Shown here in pieces: positions 34,425-42,789 of a stretch of 43,103 bases of DNA. Below the pieces are notes generated by a model, which was not told where the DNA came from, did not search any database, and worked only from the letters and a program-made list of their open reading frames with translations. This DNA is from a virus: the UHGV virus genome UHGV-0195171; one strand, given 5' to 3'. Position numbers and translations under genes: made by a program. Position 1 is the stretch's first letter, and the number at the start of each line of letters is the position of its first letter.

Positions 34425-34714
34425 AGGCGCAATACCTTCACTTCAGTCGTCACCTGATCGAGCAACTCCAGTTCGGTACCGTATTTGCCCTCCCATGTCT
34501 TTTGTCCGGCATGAATTGCCACACCAAAACCGCCAGTGCGGTGATGTGCAGGGCAAAGAGGCAAGGTTCTTTTGTGATTTGCGCGCTGGCCGGCGCCCTG
34601 ACCGGTTCGGATGTGGTGAATTTCTGCCGGAGTGGAACCGAAACCGAGATTGCGACAGACAATGCAACCCAATTCGGCTACGTCTGACAGCCAGTCTTTA
34701 TCGTCTTTAGTCAT
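34412..34714 (-). CDS. Ref-like HNH endonuclease (phage P1 recombination-enhancement-function family)
   Basis: 100 aa from the ATG at 34714 (MTKDDKDW…). …CIVCRNLGFGSTPAEIHHIRTGQGAGQRANHKRTLPLCPAHHRTGGFGVAIHAG… carries CxxC plus HH/HH metal-binding motifs. Confidence 0.55.
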   Translation of the reverse strand: MTKDDKDWLSDVAELGCIVCRNLGFGSTPAEIHHIRTGQGAGQRANHKRTLPLCPAHHRTGGFGVAIHAGQKTWEGKYGTELELLDQVTTEVKVLRLCRV

Positions 34715-34724
34715 GGTGGTGACC

Positions 34725-35318
34725 TCAGGCCGCATAACTGAAAAGCTGAGAGGCTGCGTTTTCTGCTGCCTGCTGCGTTGGGAAGGTGCGGAACAGAATG
34801 AAGTTCCAGAGAACGTCGAGGACTGACTTATAAAGCTGGGAGAATTCAAGGTCGTCCATTTTGGCGAACGATATGGACTTTGGCTCTTTGCGGATGGTGC
34901 CATCAGGCATCTGATATTCGTTATAAAAACCAGCTTCGATGGTTACCCAGGCACGAAACGCCTCGAATGATTTAACAGCGCTGATATTCCCGGCGCGTTT
35001 TTCCGCCTCATCGCGAAGATATTGATCCGCCAGTTCCTGCAATGTGTCGCCGTGCCCGGCATAGTGGGCCACCAGCTGCACGTAACCACGAACCAGTTTT
35101 TTATCGGCTGGCGATATTGCACCGCCAGAAGGTTGCCAGTAATCAAATCCCAGATTCAGGAGGGCAAAAAATTTGCGGTGAAATGCCGGGTTTCTTGCCT
35201 GCTTAAAATCAGAGTAAAGGACTGCCCCCAGGCGAATTTTCTTCACAAACTCGCGGGCGTCTGGAGATGCAGGGATTAATACATCGCCTGCTGATTTGAT
35301 AAATGAATACTGCGCCAT
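34725..35318 (-). CDS. DUF1367-like phage protein (197 aa)
   Basis: ORF in the nin-like region. Family assignment is from memory of conserved prophage proteins. Confidence 0.4.
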   Translation of the reverse strand: MAQYSFIKSAGDVLIPASPDAREFVKKIRLGAVLYSDFKQARNPAFHRKFFALLNLGFDYWQPSGGAISPADKKLVRGYVQLVAHYAGHGDTLQELADQYLRDEAEKRAGNISAVKSFEAFRAWVTIEAGFYNEYQMPDGTIRKEPKSISFAKMDDLEFSQLYKSVLDVLWNFILFRTFPTQQAAENAASQLFSYAA

Positions 35319-35386
35319 TGGGTTCCCCTTTAGCGCAGCAATTGTTCAGAATTACATTGTGTTGGGTGTTCAGGCCAACAGGGTAA

Positions 35387-35578
35387 TTATAGCATAGTAC
35401 CGTCTGGTTTGATAATGGTGTAACCAGTCAATTTAGCTAACTCAAACAACGCGTTAAGTGTCGCCACATGCTCATCAGAGTGGACTGTTCGGGTCTTCTT
35501 GATCTTCCCATTTTCACACGTTATCAGTACATCGCCATCGTCGGGGAGAAGGTCTCCTGCGTCTTTCTTATCAACCAC
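35387..35578 (-). CDS. small protein (63 aa, GTG start) downstream of a LexA box; candidate SOS-induced antirepressor
   Basis: ORF with a GGGAGAGG SD region. The start codon appears to be GTG at 35578. A near-consensus LexA box lies 19 nt upstream. Confidence 0.4.
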   Translation of the reverse strand: MVDKKDAGDLLPDDGDVLITCENGKIKKTRTVHSDEHVATLNALFELAKLTGYTIIKPDGTML

Positions 35579-35596
35579 TACCTCTCCCTCAACAAA

Positions 35597-35616
35597 TACT
35601 GTATAAATTTACAGTA
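35597..35616. promoter_or_regulatory. LexA (SOS) box
   Basis: TACTGTATAAATTTACAGTA (CTGT-N8-ACAG with TA flanks). It overlaps the -10 candidates of the minus-strand promoter for the 63-aa gene. Confidence 0.6.
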
Positions 35617-35714
35617 CATATACTACCAACTGACAGTGAGCGCAAATTTTTAAGAGCACTAATAGTTAAAAATCAACAATAAAACAGAAAATTATATGCT
35701 TGAATTAAAAAGAA

Positions 35715-35741
35715 AACCGCCATTCCTGACGGTTCGTTTTT
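35715..35741. terminator. weak bidirectional terminator after the 113-aa gene
   Basis: aaccg-N10-cggtt hairpin with T-runs on both strands. Confidence 0.3.
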
Positions 35742-35759
35742 GTCTGGTGTGGTCAATCA

Positions 35760-36101
35760 CTATGCTGACAGTTTGGTTTCGTGCCAGCCGTACATTACCC
35801 AGCATGCAGCTTCTCCGGAGTGCGGGCAGGATGACACCGGCAACCGATCACCGCACTTTCCGCAGCGCCGTTTGCTGATGGCTTTAATCCGGCCGCGCAC
35901 CCGGGCATCATCCTGGCGGATCAGCAGCGCTATGTACTCCGCTATTTCGTAAGGATCACGACCAGGGCGCCGGGCGGCGCAATTTCGCGCCAGCATTTCC
36001 TGCTCCTGCTCATCCAGCACCAGTTCAATCTTGCGCTCACCGGCAGCAGACTGCCGTGCGCGCTGAGCAGCTTTGCGTTCTGCGGGGGATTTAGGCATCA
36101 A
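35760..36101 (-). CDS. hypothetical protein with a Cys-rich C-terminus (113 aa)
   Basis: ORF. C-terminal RCGKCGDR…SCPHSGEAAC suggests metal binding. Confidence 0.5.
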   Translation of the reverse strand: MMPKSPAERKAAQRARQSAAGERKIELVLDEQEQEMLARNCAARRPGRDPYEIAEYIALLIRQDDARVRGRIKAISKRRCGKCGDRLPVSSCPHSGEAACWVMYGWHETKLSA

Positions 36102-36295
36102 CTTGCCTCCCGCTCAATGTCAGGAAGCACTGCTTTAACGGCTTCGCGGACCTCTTTCATTGAACGATCAAACCAGTTTACCGAGGTTGTATAACCGTCG
36201 AACTTCGCGCCTTTGGCATTAATTTTTGCTACCGTAATATCTCTGGCCGCATTAATCATCGCTACGGCTACAGCTTCAGGGATTTGGTTACTCAC
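36098..36295 (-). CDS. hypothetical protein (65 aa)
   Basis: ORF with start/stop overlaps to its neighbours. Confidence 0.45.
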   Translation of the reverse strand: MSNQIPEAVAVAMINAARDITVAKINAKGAKFDGYTTSVNWFDRSMKEVREAVKAVLPDIEREAS

Positions 36296-36971
36296 CTTTC
36301 ACCTCCCGTGGGGCGGCTTTACGTTCTGCGGAAGATTTAGCCACTTTCCCAGTTTTGATGGACAAACGTTTGATCGCATGGCGCAGCATTACCTGTGCAT
36401 ACAGCGCTGGAGCAAGCACCTGCGGCATTTTCGAGTAGCCTGCGCCAGAGAACAGTCTGCGTATTTCTTTCGGTGCCGCGCGCAGATTATCGATATTGTT
36501 ATTATTTAGATCATTATCCAGATGGATAACCGAATAACCGGGCGGCAACTTTCCATGTGCGCATTCATATACGTATACATCGAGTCTAATTTTCTCTTTA
36601 TTAACAGTTATGTACTGGGAAAGAATACGTTTCCGACCTTTAGGCTCGCGAGTCCATCCACGAGCTATCTTTACATCCTTGATATTGTCAGGCTTTTTAT
36701 CGGTACCGAATCGTCTGTTGAACCGTTCTGTAAGTTCAGCATTCGTTAGATTCCTATTGGCATAAATGAAAGTTAGCTGCTCATCGGTATAGCGCGGCTC
36801 AATCAAAAACTGCTTTCCTAGCCCATGCGATTTGCACCAAATACGGATAGCCCCAACGCTCTTATTAGTACAAAATTGAGCGTTAAACATTTCAGTTAAT
36901 TCACGCGCAGTAGAACTTTTAATATGCCGCTTTATAAACAATTCTTGGGCTGGAGAGTATTTTTCTATCAT
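36288..36971 (-). CDS. HNH homing-type endonuclease with duplicated N-terminal DNA-binding modules
   Basis: 227 aa. HNH motif …ECAHGKLPPGYSVIHLDNDLNNNNIDNLR…. Two similar N-terminal repeats (…TARELTEMFNAQF… and …TNAELTERFNRRF…). Visibly AT-rich relative to its flanks. Confidence 0.6.
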   Translation of the reverse strand: MIEKYSPAQELFIKRHIKSSTARELTEMFNAQFCTNKSVGAIRIWCKSHGLGKQFLIEPRYTDEQLTFIYANRNLTNAELTERFNRRFGTDKKPDNIKDVKIARGWTREPKGRKRILSQYITVNKEKIRLDVYVYECAHGKLPPGYSVIHLDNDLNNNNIDNLRAAPKEIRRLFSGAGYSKMPQVLAPALYAQVMLRHAIKRLSIKTGKVAKSSAERKAAPREVKGE

Positions 36972-37198
36972 TTTTCGATCCCCATAATCTTAGGCACATT
37001 CCCCGCTGTGCCGTCATAAATAGCCTTCTGAGCATCGAGGGCGACGCGATAAGTGCCCACCATCACCCCAACGATTTCCACTACCGCTTTAGCCCTCGAT
37101 AACTCTTCCTGAAGCAGTTCGCCTTTGATGTTGGGATCGGTGACGGTTTCCAGCATTGCGAACTGGTGATTCATTAAGTCCTGAATTGTGTTTTTCAT
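36968..37198 (-). CDS. hypothetical protein (76 aa)
   Basis: ORF. ATGA overlap with the HNH gene start. Confidence 0.45.
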   Translation of the reverse strand: MKNTIQDLMNHQFAMLETVTDPNIKGELLQEELSRAKAVVEIVGVMVGTYRVALDAQKAIYDGTAGNVPKIMGIEK

Positions 37199-37200
37199 GG

Positions 37201-37791
37201 CTAAGCAACCTCTCCGATATATTCGGCAATGCCCGGCAGCAGCGCCACCGCTGGCGATTCACACTGATTGCCCCACACATCGAAACCATGCGATGACTGG
37301 CGGGCGAATAACTCAATACGCGGTACATCGCCCAGCAGCTGCACCAGCTTTTCGCGCACGATATCTGGTTTGCGCGAATGCTCCTGACGCGGGGCGGTGA
37401 ATGACTGAACGATCCCTGCATCCAACCGGGCGGGTAATTTCCCCTGCACAGCGAAAAGACAATCCTCGCTGTTCGCCCTGGTTAAATGGCCCATTCCCAG
37501 GGCCAGTTTGTTGGTCTGCCGGCTGTAGCATTTATTCCAAGTAAAGCCTTTCATGGTCATCAGGCGGAAGCCCCACGCCTCGACTACCCGCAACGCCTCC
37601 AGCGGCTGAGTCGGAACCCACCACATAGCCAGCAGGCAGTTTTCAGCGGCCAGCTCCCAGACCGGGAGACGGCAGATATCGAGCACAGTCATTGTCTGGT
37701 ATTTATGCCCGGCGCCACGTTCTCCATCTTTGGCTTTGTCGCGGTAGGTCCAGGGCGGATCCGCATAGATCAGGGTGTATTTTTCGTTCAT
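37201..37791 (-). CDS. DNA N6-adenine methyltransferase (MT-A70-like; DPPW motif)
   Basis: …YTLIYADPPWTYRDK… catalytic motif. Start taken as the ATG at 37791 (MNEKYTL…). An alternative GTG at 37803 is used by the ORF track. Confidence 0.65.
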   Translation of the reverse strand: MNEKYTLIYADPPWTYRDKAKDGERGAGHKYQTMTVLDICRLPVWELAAENCLLAMWWVPTQPLEALRVVEAWGFRLMTMKGFTWNKCYSRQTNKLALGMGHLTRANSEDCLFAVQGKLPARLDAGIVQSFTAPRQEHSRKPDIVREKLVQLLGDVPRIELFARQSSHGFDVWGNQCESPAVALLPGIAEYIGEVA

Positions 37792-37922
37792 GCCGTCCAC
37801 CACTCAATCAGTTTGCAGATCCCCCAGGTCACGACGATAACAGCGACCCAACCGGCAATGTCGATCACAGCTGCGAACCAGAGCAGAGCGCGCCGGCTAT
37901 AATTTTCAGGTTCAAAGTTCAT
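37788..37922 (-). CDS. small membrane peptide (44 aa) between the ParB-like and methyltransferase genes
   Basis: MNFEPENYSRRALLWFAAVIDIAGWVAVIVVTWGICKLIEWWTA. ATGA overlaps at both ends. Not in the ORF track because it is under 60 aa. Confidence 0.35.
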   Translation of the reverse strand: MNFEPENYSRRALLWFAAVIDIAGWVAVIVVTWGICKLIEWWTA

Positions 37923-38719
37923 TGAGCCTCCCCAAGCACCCAGCGCAGTGCTTCAGCGTATTCACCGCTGGCACCTTCGAGGGCTTTTGTGATTTCTTTA
38001 CGGGTTTTCAGACGTGGTTTTGCTTCACCAAGAACCTGGCGCTGCCGACGGGCTTTTTCGTGGCCAGTTGTGCCAGCTGTCGCCTGCTCGATTTCCGCTA
38101 CCTTTTCCCGCTGTTCTTCGGGTTTCAGTGACGCCAGTTGACGCGCCTGAGTAACCGTCACTGTGCCGGACTCTACAGCGTCTTTGACTGCCTGGGTGGC
38201 ATCCAGCAGGGATAGCGTTGCGCGTACTGTCTGGACACTCACGCCAAACATCAGCGCTAAATCGTCCTCGTCGTGCCCGCGCTCCAGCGCATCAGCCATT
38301 TTCTTTGCCCGGCCCAGCGGTGTATCTGCCTGGCGGATTTCGTTAGCACTTACCATCGCCTGCGCCATGCGAACGGCGGAGCCACGTTTAGTGACTGCCG
38401 GAACCAGTAACGGCTCTTTGCCCTCTTTGGACAGACGCTTGTTGGCTTCCAGTGTATGGCGCACGCGCTGACGACCATCCACCACACAGGCCAGCCCGCT
38501 TTCGGGGTCTTTCCAGACGATAATCGGCTCAAGAACGCCCTGGTCCATGATGTTCAGCACCATTGCCTCGCTGATAGGCAGGTGGATACGCTCATCGTAA
38601 AGCGTGTGCGTTTTGTCGGTAACCAGATGCAGCTTTTCCGGTTCGAACATCAGAACGTTGGTTTTTCCGCTGGCGCCATACGCGTCGATCGAGTTTTTAG
38701 CCATTTTTTTGAACTCCAA
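37919..38719 (-). CDS. ParB-like nuclease domain protein
   Basis: 266 aa. The N-terminal ParB/sulfiredoxin-type region (…EPIIVWKDPESGLACVVDGRQRV…) commonly precedes phage adenine methyltransferases. Confidence 0.55.
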   Translation of the reverse strand: MEFKKMAKNSIDAYGASGKTNVLMFEPEKLHLVTDKTHTLYDERIHLPISEAMVLNIMDQGVLEPIIVWKDPESGLACVVDGRQRVRHTLEANKRLSKEGKEPLLVPAVTKRGSAVRMAQAMVSANEIRQADTPLGRAKKMADALERGHDEDDLALMFGVSVQTVRATLSLLDATQAVKDAVESGTVTVTQARQLASLKPEEQREKVAEIEQATAGTTGHEKARRQRQVLGEAKPRLKTRKEITKALEGASGEYAEALRWVLGEAQ

Positions 38720-38743
38720 TCAAACCGCTGTTTAGAAACTTTT

Positions 38744-38977
38744 TCATGCTCTCTTCTCCCGCCAAAAATTTAATCTCTCTTTGAAAAACTCCCGGTAGCT
38801 TTCCGGCGTCGCTGCAATCGACTCAACAATGAACTGACGAGTAACTTTCTTCTCGAACAGCTGACGTATGAGTGCCGCTGCCCGCATGTCGTAGTGCTCT
38901 TTGAGCTGGCACTCCTGCGGCCATTTGGCGCGATTGAGCGGTAAGCCGGGCGGCAGATAATCTGATTGCCCGGCCAT
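38744..38977 (-). CDS. hypothetical protein (77 aa)
   Basis: ORF. Confidence 0.45.
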   Translation of the reverse strand: MAGQSDYLPPGLPLNRAKWPQECQLKEHYDMRAAALIRQLFEKKVTRQFIVESIAATPESYREFFKERLNFWREKRA

Positions 38978-38980
38978 GCC

Positions 38981-39631
38981 TCATGCCCTCGTTTTTTCTG
39001 AGTTGGCGTAATAGCGGGGATCCACGCTGGTCAGTGTGAAATGCGGCACTGGCATGTCGTCATGCCGAATAATTCCGACGTGATTCGATGCGAGCATTGT
39101 CGAGATACGTTTTTGCAGATCACGTAAGGTGATCTCAGCATCAGGATGATGTTTTTTGATGGCTGAAAGAATGTTCTGATACGACAGTGTTTTACCCTTC
39201 ATCAGCGCAACCAGCTGCTGGGCGGAAACTTCATCGATGGTGCTATTCAGGGGTTTAATACTCTCCAGCAGCAGGCGATGCCGGCCAATGCTGCCGACAC
39301 GCTGGCCAGTTTTTTTATCAAAATGCTCATTTGGTCCAGCAGACCAGACGGTAGCACCCTCGCTGAGCCGTACAGTTTTTTCACCCTTGTAATAAATCAC
39401 GGTGCCGACATGTGTTTTACGACGGCGGCTAGATACAGCGGGCGCAGCAGTTTCACGTTTTACCGGTTTTTTCGGGGTGAGCCCCGGAACTGGTACTGGC
39501 CGCGGGGCAGCGACGAACACAGAACGGCTACGCGCACGGGCGCCGGCGTTCATGCGCCACAGAATTACGGGGATCCAGTTACAGCCATCGTCTGGATTAA
39601 CTGGTTTTGGGTAATTTAAATTCGTGGTCAT
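38981..39631 (-). CDS. hypothetical protein (216 aa)
   Basis: ORF preceded by CCGAGGAAAGACCTATG. Confidence 0.5.
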   Translation of the reverse strand: MTTNLNYPKPVNPDDGCNWIPVILWRMNAGARARSRSVFVAAPRPVPVPGLTPKKPVKRETAAPAVSSRRRKTHVGTVIYYKGEKTVRLSEGATVWSAGPNEHFDKKTGQRVGSIGRHRLLLESIKPLNSTIDEVSAQQLVALMKGKTLSYQNILSAIKKHHPDAEITLRDLQKRISTMLASNHVGIIRHDDMPVPHFTLTSVDPRYYANSEKTRA

Positions 39632-39669
39632 AGGTCTTTCCTCGGTTATATTGCGCTGGTCAGGCGCAG

Positions 39670-41058
39670 TTAAAATGTATCGGTGTTGTACTTATCTGAA
39701 TATCTACGCGGTTGTTTTCGTGGTTTTGCTGCCTCCAACTGAATGCGTGTTTTCTCTTTGCCGACATGCTGATCAACGTGCAGGAAGTGACCGTTTTTAA
39801 ACTCCTGATAGATAACGGCACCAGCAGCACTGAATCGACTTTTCCCCAGGATGATTTCGGCGATCCCCGCCGCCGGACTTTCAGGGTTGTAGACTTCATC
39901 GCGGTACAGGAACATGATGCTGTCGGCATCCTGCTCGATAGAACCGGAGTCGCGGAGGTCTGACATAACCGGGCGACGCTGGCCCGCCGGACGGGAATCC
40001 ACGGCGCGCGAAAGCTGGCTAAGCGCGAACGTCGGCGTATGCAGGCGCATAGCCATAGTTTTAAGGTTTCGGGAAATGTGGGCGATCGCCAGGTCGTTAC
40101 GTTCTGCCTTTGGTTTTTTAATCAGGCCAAGGTAATCAACAACGATCATCGCTAGATGCGGATAGCGGCGCTTATGCGTCTCTGCAACAGCCCGGATTTG
40201 CTCAATCGTCAGATCGGTAGCATCGACGATCCAGATATCGCGCCCGTTCATGGTCTCCATGGCCGCTGTAAAGCGCGCCCAGTCCTCATCCTGCATATCG
40301 AGGGGATTACGCAGGCGCGACACCGACATGTTGCCTGAGCCAGCCAGAGAGCGTTCTACGATTTGCGCAGCAGCCATTTCCATACTGAATATCAGCGCTC
40401 CACCGCCGGCAGCGGTAACGCCATCGACAATCTTCAGCGCAAATTCCGTTTTACCCATGCCAGGACGGCCAGCGACAACAATCAAATCCTGCAGGTTAAT
40501 ACCGCCAGTGGCATCGTCCAGTTCGTCGATCCCGGTCTTTAAATTTCGGGTGCCCTCTTCGCCGTCCATGCGTTTCTGCATGGTTTCCATGTACACAGGC
40601 AATAATTCGCTCATGTGTACCGGCTGCACGTCGCCAGTGTCGCCGGTCATGTCCAGCAGCTGCGCCACGGCAGTTTCAACAACCTGATCACGCTGTTCCT
40701 GGTTGTTTGCCTGCCGGATGCCATCAGCGCCCTGCTGCAGTAATTCGGCCATACGGCGGCTGCGCCACGCCTTAACCATTTTGCCAGCGTAACCCTTCAG
40801 GTTCGGTACCGTGGCAGGCATACGTGTAATTTCTGATAAATCAGCCAGGCTACTACCGCCCAGCGCTTCACTGACAAACAGCATGTCGATCAGGCCGTTC
40901 GCCAGCGCCTGTTTTTTAATTTCGGAGAACGCGCGACGGTGAAACCCGATGCTGAAAGATTCTTCAGGCGTAGAGGCGATCACATCGAATGCGTCCGGAC
41001 TGGCGCCGCCATTTAGCAGGCCAGCCAGCACACAAGCTTCCAGTTCCTGCGGAGTCAT
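39670..41058 (-). CDS. replicative DNA helicase (DnaB family)
   Basis: 462 aa. Walker A GRPGMGKT, …IVVDYLGLI…, and the DnaB C-terminal RecA-like fold pattern. Confidence 0.8.
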   Translation of the reverse strand: MTPQELEACVLAGLLNGGASPDAFDVIASTPEESFSIGFHRRAFSEIKKQALANGLIDMLFVSEALGGSSLADLSEITRMPATVPNLKGYAGKMVKAWRSRRMAELLQQGADGIRQANNQEQRDQVVETAVAQLLDMTGDTGDVQPVHMSELLPVYMETMQKRMDGEEGTRNLKTGIDELDDATGGINLQDLIVVAGRPGMGKTEFALKIVDGVTAAGGGALIFSMEMAAAQIVERSLAGSGNMSVSRLRNPLDMQDEDWARFTAAMETMNGRDIWIVDATDLTIEQIRAVAETHKRRYPHLAMIVVDYLGLIKKPKAERNDLAIAHISRNLKTMAMRLHTPTFALSQLSRAVDSRPAGQRRPVMSDLRDSGSIEQDADSIMFLYRDEVYNPESPAAGIAEIILGKSRFSAAGAVIYQEFKNGHFLHVDQHVGKEKTRIQLEAAKPRKQPRRYSDKYNTDTF

Positions 41059-42038
41059 AACGAACCTTCCCGGGTATTACGTAACGTTTCTGGTTTCATC
41101 AGGTAATCAAAGCTGGCTCGCCATCCGCCATCTGTACCGAAATAAAAATCAGGAGCATCAGCGCGGAATTTTTCGAAGTACCCCAGGAATGCACCGGTAG
41201 TTTTATTTTTCATGTGGGCAGCCAGGCGGGTGATCATCCGGCGGCGGTCGGCATCCAGTTCAGCAGCAGGCAGAACGTCAGCGAAAATTTCGTTGTAGCC
41301 GTTCATGACGGCTTCCGGGTCAATCTTCGCCTCTAAAACAGCCCACGCCTCAGCGTCGGCAAGATAGCCATCAAAGCGGTTTATCCGGCAGATGTTCGCA
41401 GGCTTCGGCAGGCTATCGCCGCGACGGCGCCATGTGGCCAGCACCCAGCGGATAACCAACTGCAGTTCGTCCAGGGTGTACCCTTCCCGAGTGGTGGTAG
41501 GAGTCAGCATCATCACAAACGGCTTTAGGTCACGGCAGCGGGTACCGGTTTGCTGGTTGTAAAACTCCAGGACTTTTTGAGCATCAGAAAAAATATGCTC
41601 TTCGCCTTCCCCCGTTTGGGGGTTAGGGGGATCTTTAGGTTCTATGACTGGTTCAAAAGAGTGACTGGTTCTGGTGCCGCCACACGGCATAGGGGCTATG
41701 CTTTCTGGCGGCACACCTATGCTTTCTGACGGCATAGGGGCTATGCTTTTTGGCGGCATAGGGTTATCGAGATTCATGCAATACAGATTCGATGCGTTAC
41801 CCTTCCCGTTTTTTACCCCCGGGCGGTTTTCTTTAACCAGCAGGCCCATAGAAATTAATGCATCGATATGGTCACGAACTGCGCTTTTGCTGCATTCGCA
41901 GTGATCAGCAATATGCTTATAAGACGGCCAGCATTCGCCGGAATCATTGGCGTTATCCGCCAGTTTGATCAGCACTAGTTTTCGTATCGGGTTTCCGGTT
42001 TTGATGGCCATTGCTTTGGCCATAAGCGTCATACTCAT
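41055..42038 (-). CDS. replication initiation protein (lambda O-like organiser) with an internal origin
   Basis: N-terminal HTH-like region. A central repeated peptide (SIAPMP / ESIGVPP) encoded by the DNA iterons. Start set at the ATG at 42038 directly after the upstream stop; the ORF track's 42074 start is an upstream in-frame ATG. Confidence 0.6.
   Translation of the reverse strand: MSMTLMAKAMAIKTGNPIRKLVLIKLADNANDSGECWPSYKHIADHCECSKSAVRDHIDALISMGLLVKENRPGVKNGKGNASNLYCMNLDNPMPPKSIAPMPSESIGVPPESIAPMPCGGTRTSHSFEPVIEPKDPPNPQTGEGEEHIFSDAQKVLEFYNQQTGTRCRDLKPFVMMLTPTTTREGYTLDELQLVIRWVLATWRRRGDSLPKPANICRINRFDGYLADAEAWAVLEAKIDPEAVMNGYNEIFADVLPAAELDADRRRMITRLAAHMKNKTTGAFLGYFEKFRADAPDFYFGTDGGWRASFDYLMKPETLRNTREGSL
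41686..41771. repeat. four tandem iterons (candidate replication origin) inside the O-like gene
   Basis: GGCATAGGGGCTATGCTTTCTGGC 41686-41709; GGCACACCTATGCTTTCTGAC 41710-41730; GGCATAGGGGCTATGCTTTTTGGC 41731-41754; GGCATAGGGTTATCGAG 41755-41771. An A/T-rich stretch (about 41585-41600) follows in the coding direction, as in lambda ori. Confidence 0.6.
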
Positions 42039-42040
42039 AG

Positions 42041-42262
42041 TCAGATCCCCAGCGTATCGGCCAGCTGGCGGCAAGCTATTTCATATTCTTTCTGGGTCAG
42101 ACCTAATTCCTGCAGTTCTGCCTTCCGCAGCTCGTAGCGTTCCCAGATCGTCAGCGCAGCAGCACGACGCTCCTCGAAAATCGATTCGATATCTTCCATC
42201 GGGACTTGCACCCCATTCCGGCGAAACCCGTTCCGCCAGGTGATGCGATCTTGTGTTCTCAT
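42041..42262 (-). CDS. hypothetical early protein (73 aa)
   Basis: ORF preceded by CCGAGGAAAGACCAATG. Confidence 0.5.
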   Translation of the reverse strand: MRTQDRITWRNGFRRNGVQVPMEDIESIFEERRAAALTIWERYELRKAELQELGLTQKEYEIACRQLADTLGI

Positions 42263-42282
42263 TGGTCTTTCCTCGGCACAGG

Positions 42283-42729
42283 TTAAACGCTGGTCAGGCG
42301 CTGTGTTTCTCTCATCGCTTGCAATGCCTTTGCAACTTGCTGCGGGCCGTCTCTGGCTTCGAGCAATAACGCGATAATGGCCGCCGCAAACTCGCGTATG
42401 GCGACACAGATCAAATACTGGGTTGACATGTCCAGCCGCGCGTAACGTTCCGCCGGCAGCGCTGCTTCCATCGCTTTGGCCAGGGCCATAGTTTTGGTTC
42501 TGGCCGCTTTAGTTTCTCCACGCAGCCAGCGAAAAATCTGCTGGCGGTTGTTGTTGATGGCCCGCCAGTCTGCTTTTCCATCTGCATCTTCAATCTGGTG
42601 CAGTTTCAGCACGCCGGTGTTACCACCGAGACGAAACCACATACGGCTTATCTCGATGGCAACCAGCTCCTGCCCACTTTCTGCCGCCCAGCTGAATATC
42701 TCTCGCTTCAGTTCCTCGATGTTTTCCAC
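42283..42729 (-). CDS. YdaT-like protein (Rac prophage toxin/regulator family; occupies the cII position)
   Basis: 148 aa, GTG start with an AGGAGA SD. …WAAESGQELVAIEISRMWFRLGG…DW…QQIFRWLRGE… matches the E. coli YdaT pattern as recalled. Directly downstream of the Cro-like gene, as ydaS-ydaT are in Rac. Confidence 0.45.
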   Translation of the reverse strand: MENIEELKREIFSWAAESGQELVAIEISRMWFRLGGNTGVLKLHQIEDADGKADWRAINNNRQQIFRWLRGETKAARTKTMALAKAMEAALPAERYARLDMSTQYLICVAIREFAAAIIALLLEARDGPQQVAKALQAMRETQRLTSV

Positions 42730-42789
42730 TTCGCGTCTCCTGTCGCTGAAAATTGATTAAGCGTAATCAGATTTAGATCACACCAGTTG

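Noticed and set aside
35696-35878. 60-aa plus-strand ORF downstream of the LexA box
   Set aside because: It lies antisense to the 3' end of the 113-aa minus-strand gene and runs through a terminator hairpin, with no RBS. It is judged spurious, so the LexA box is assigned to the minus-strand 63-aa gene.
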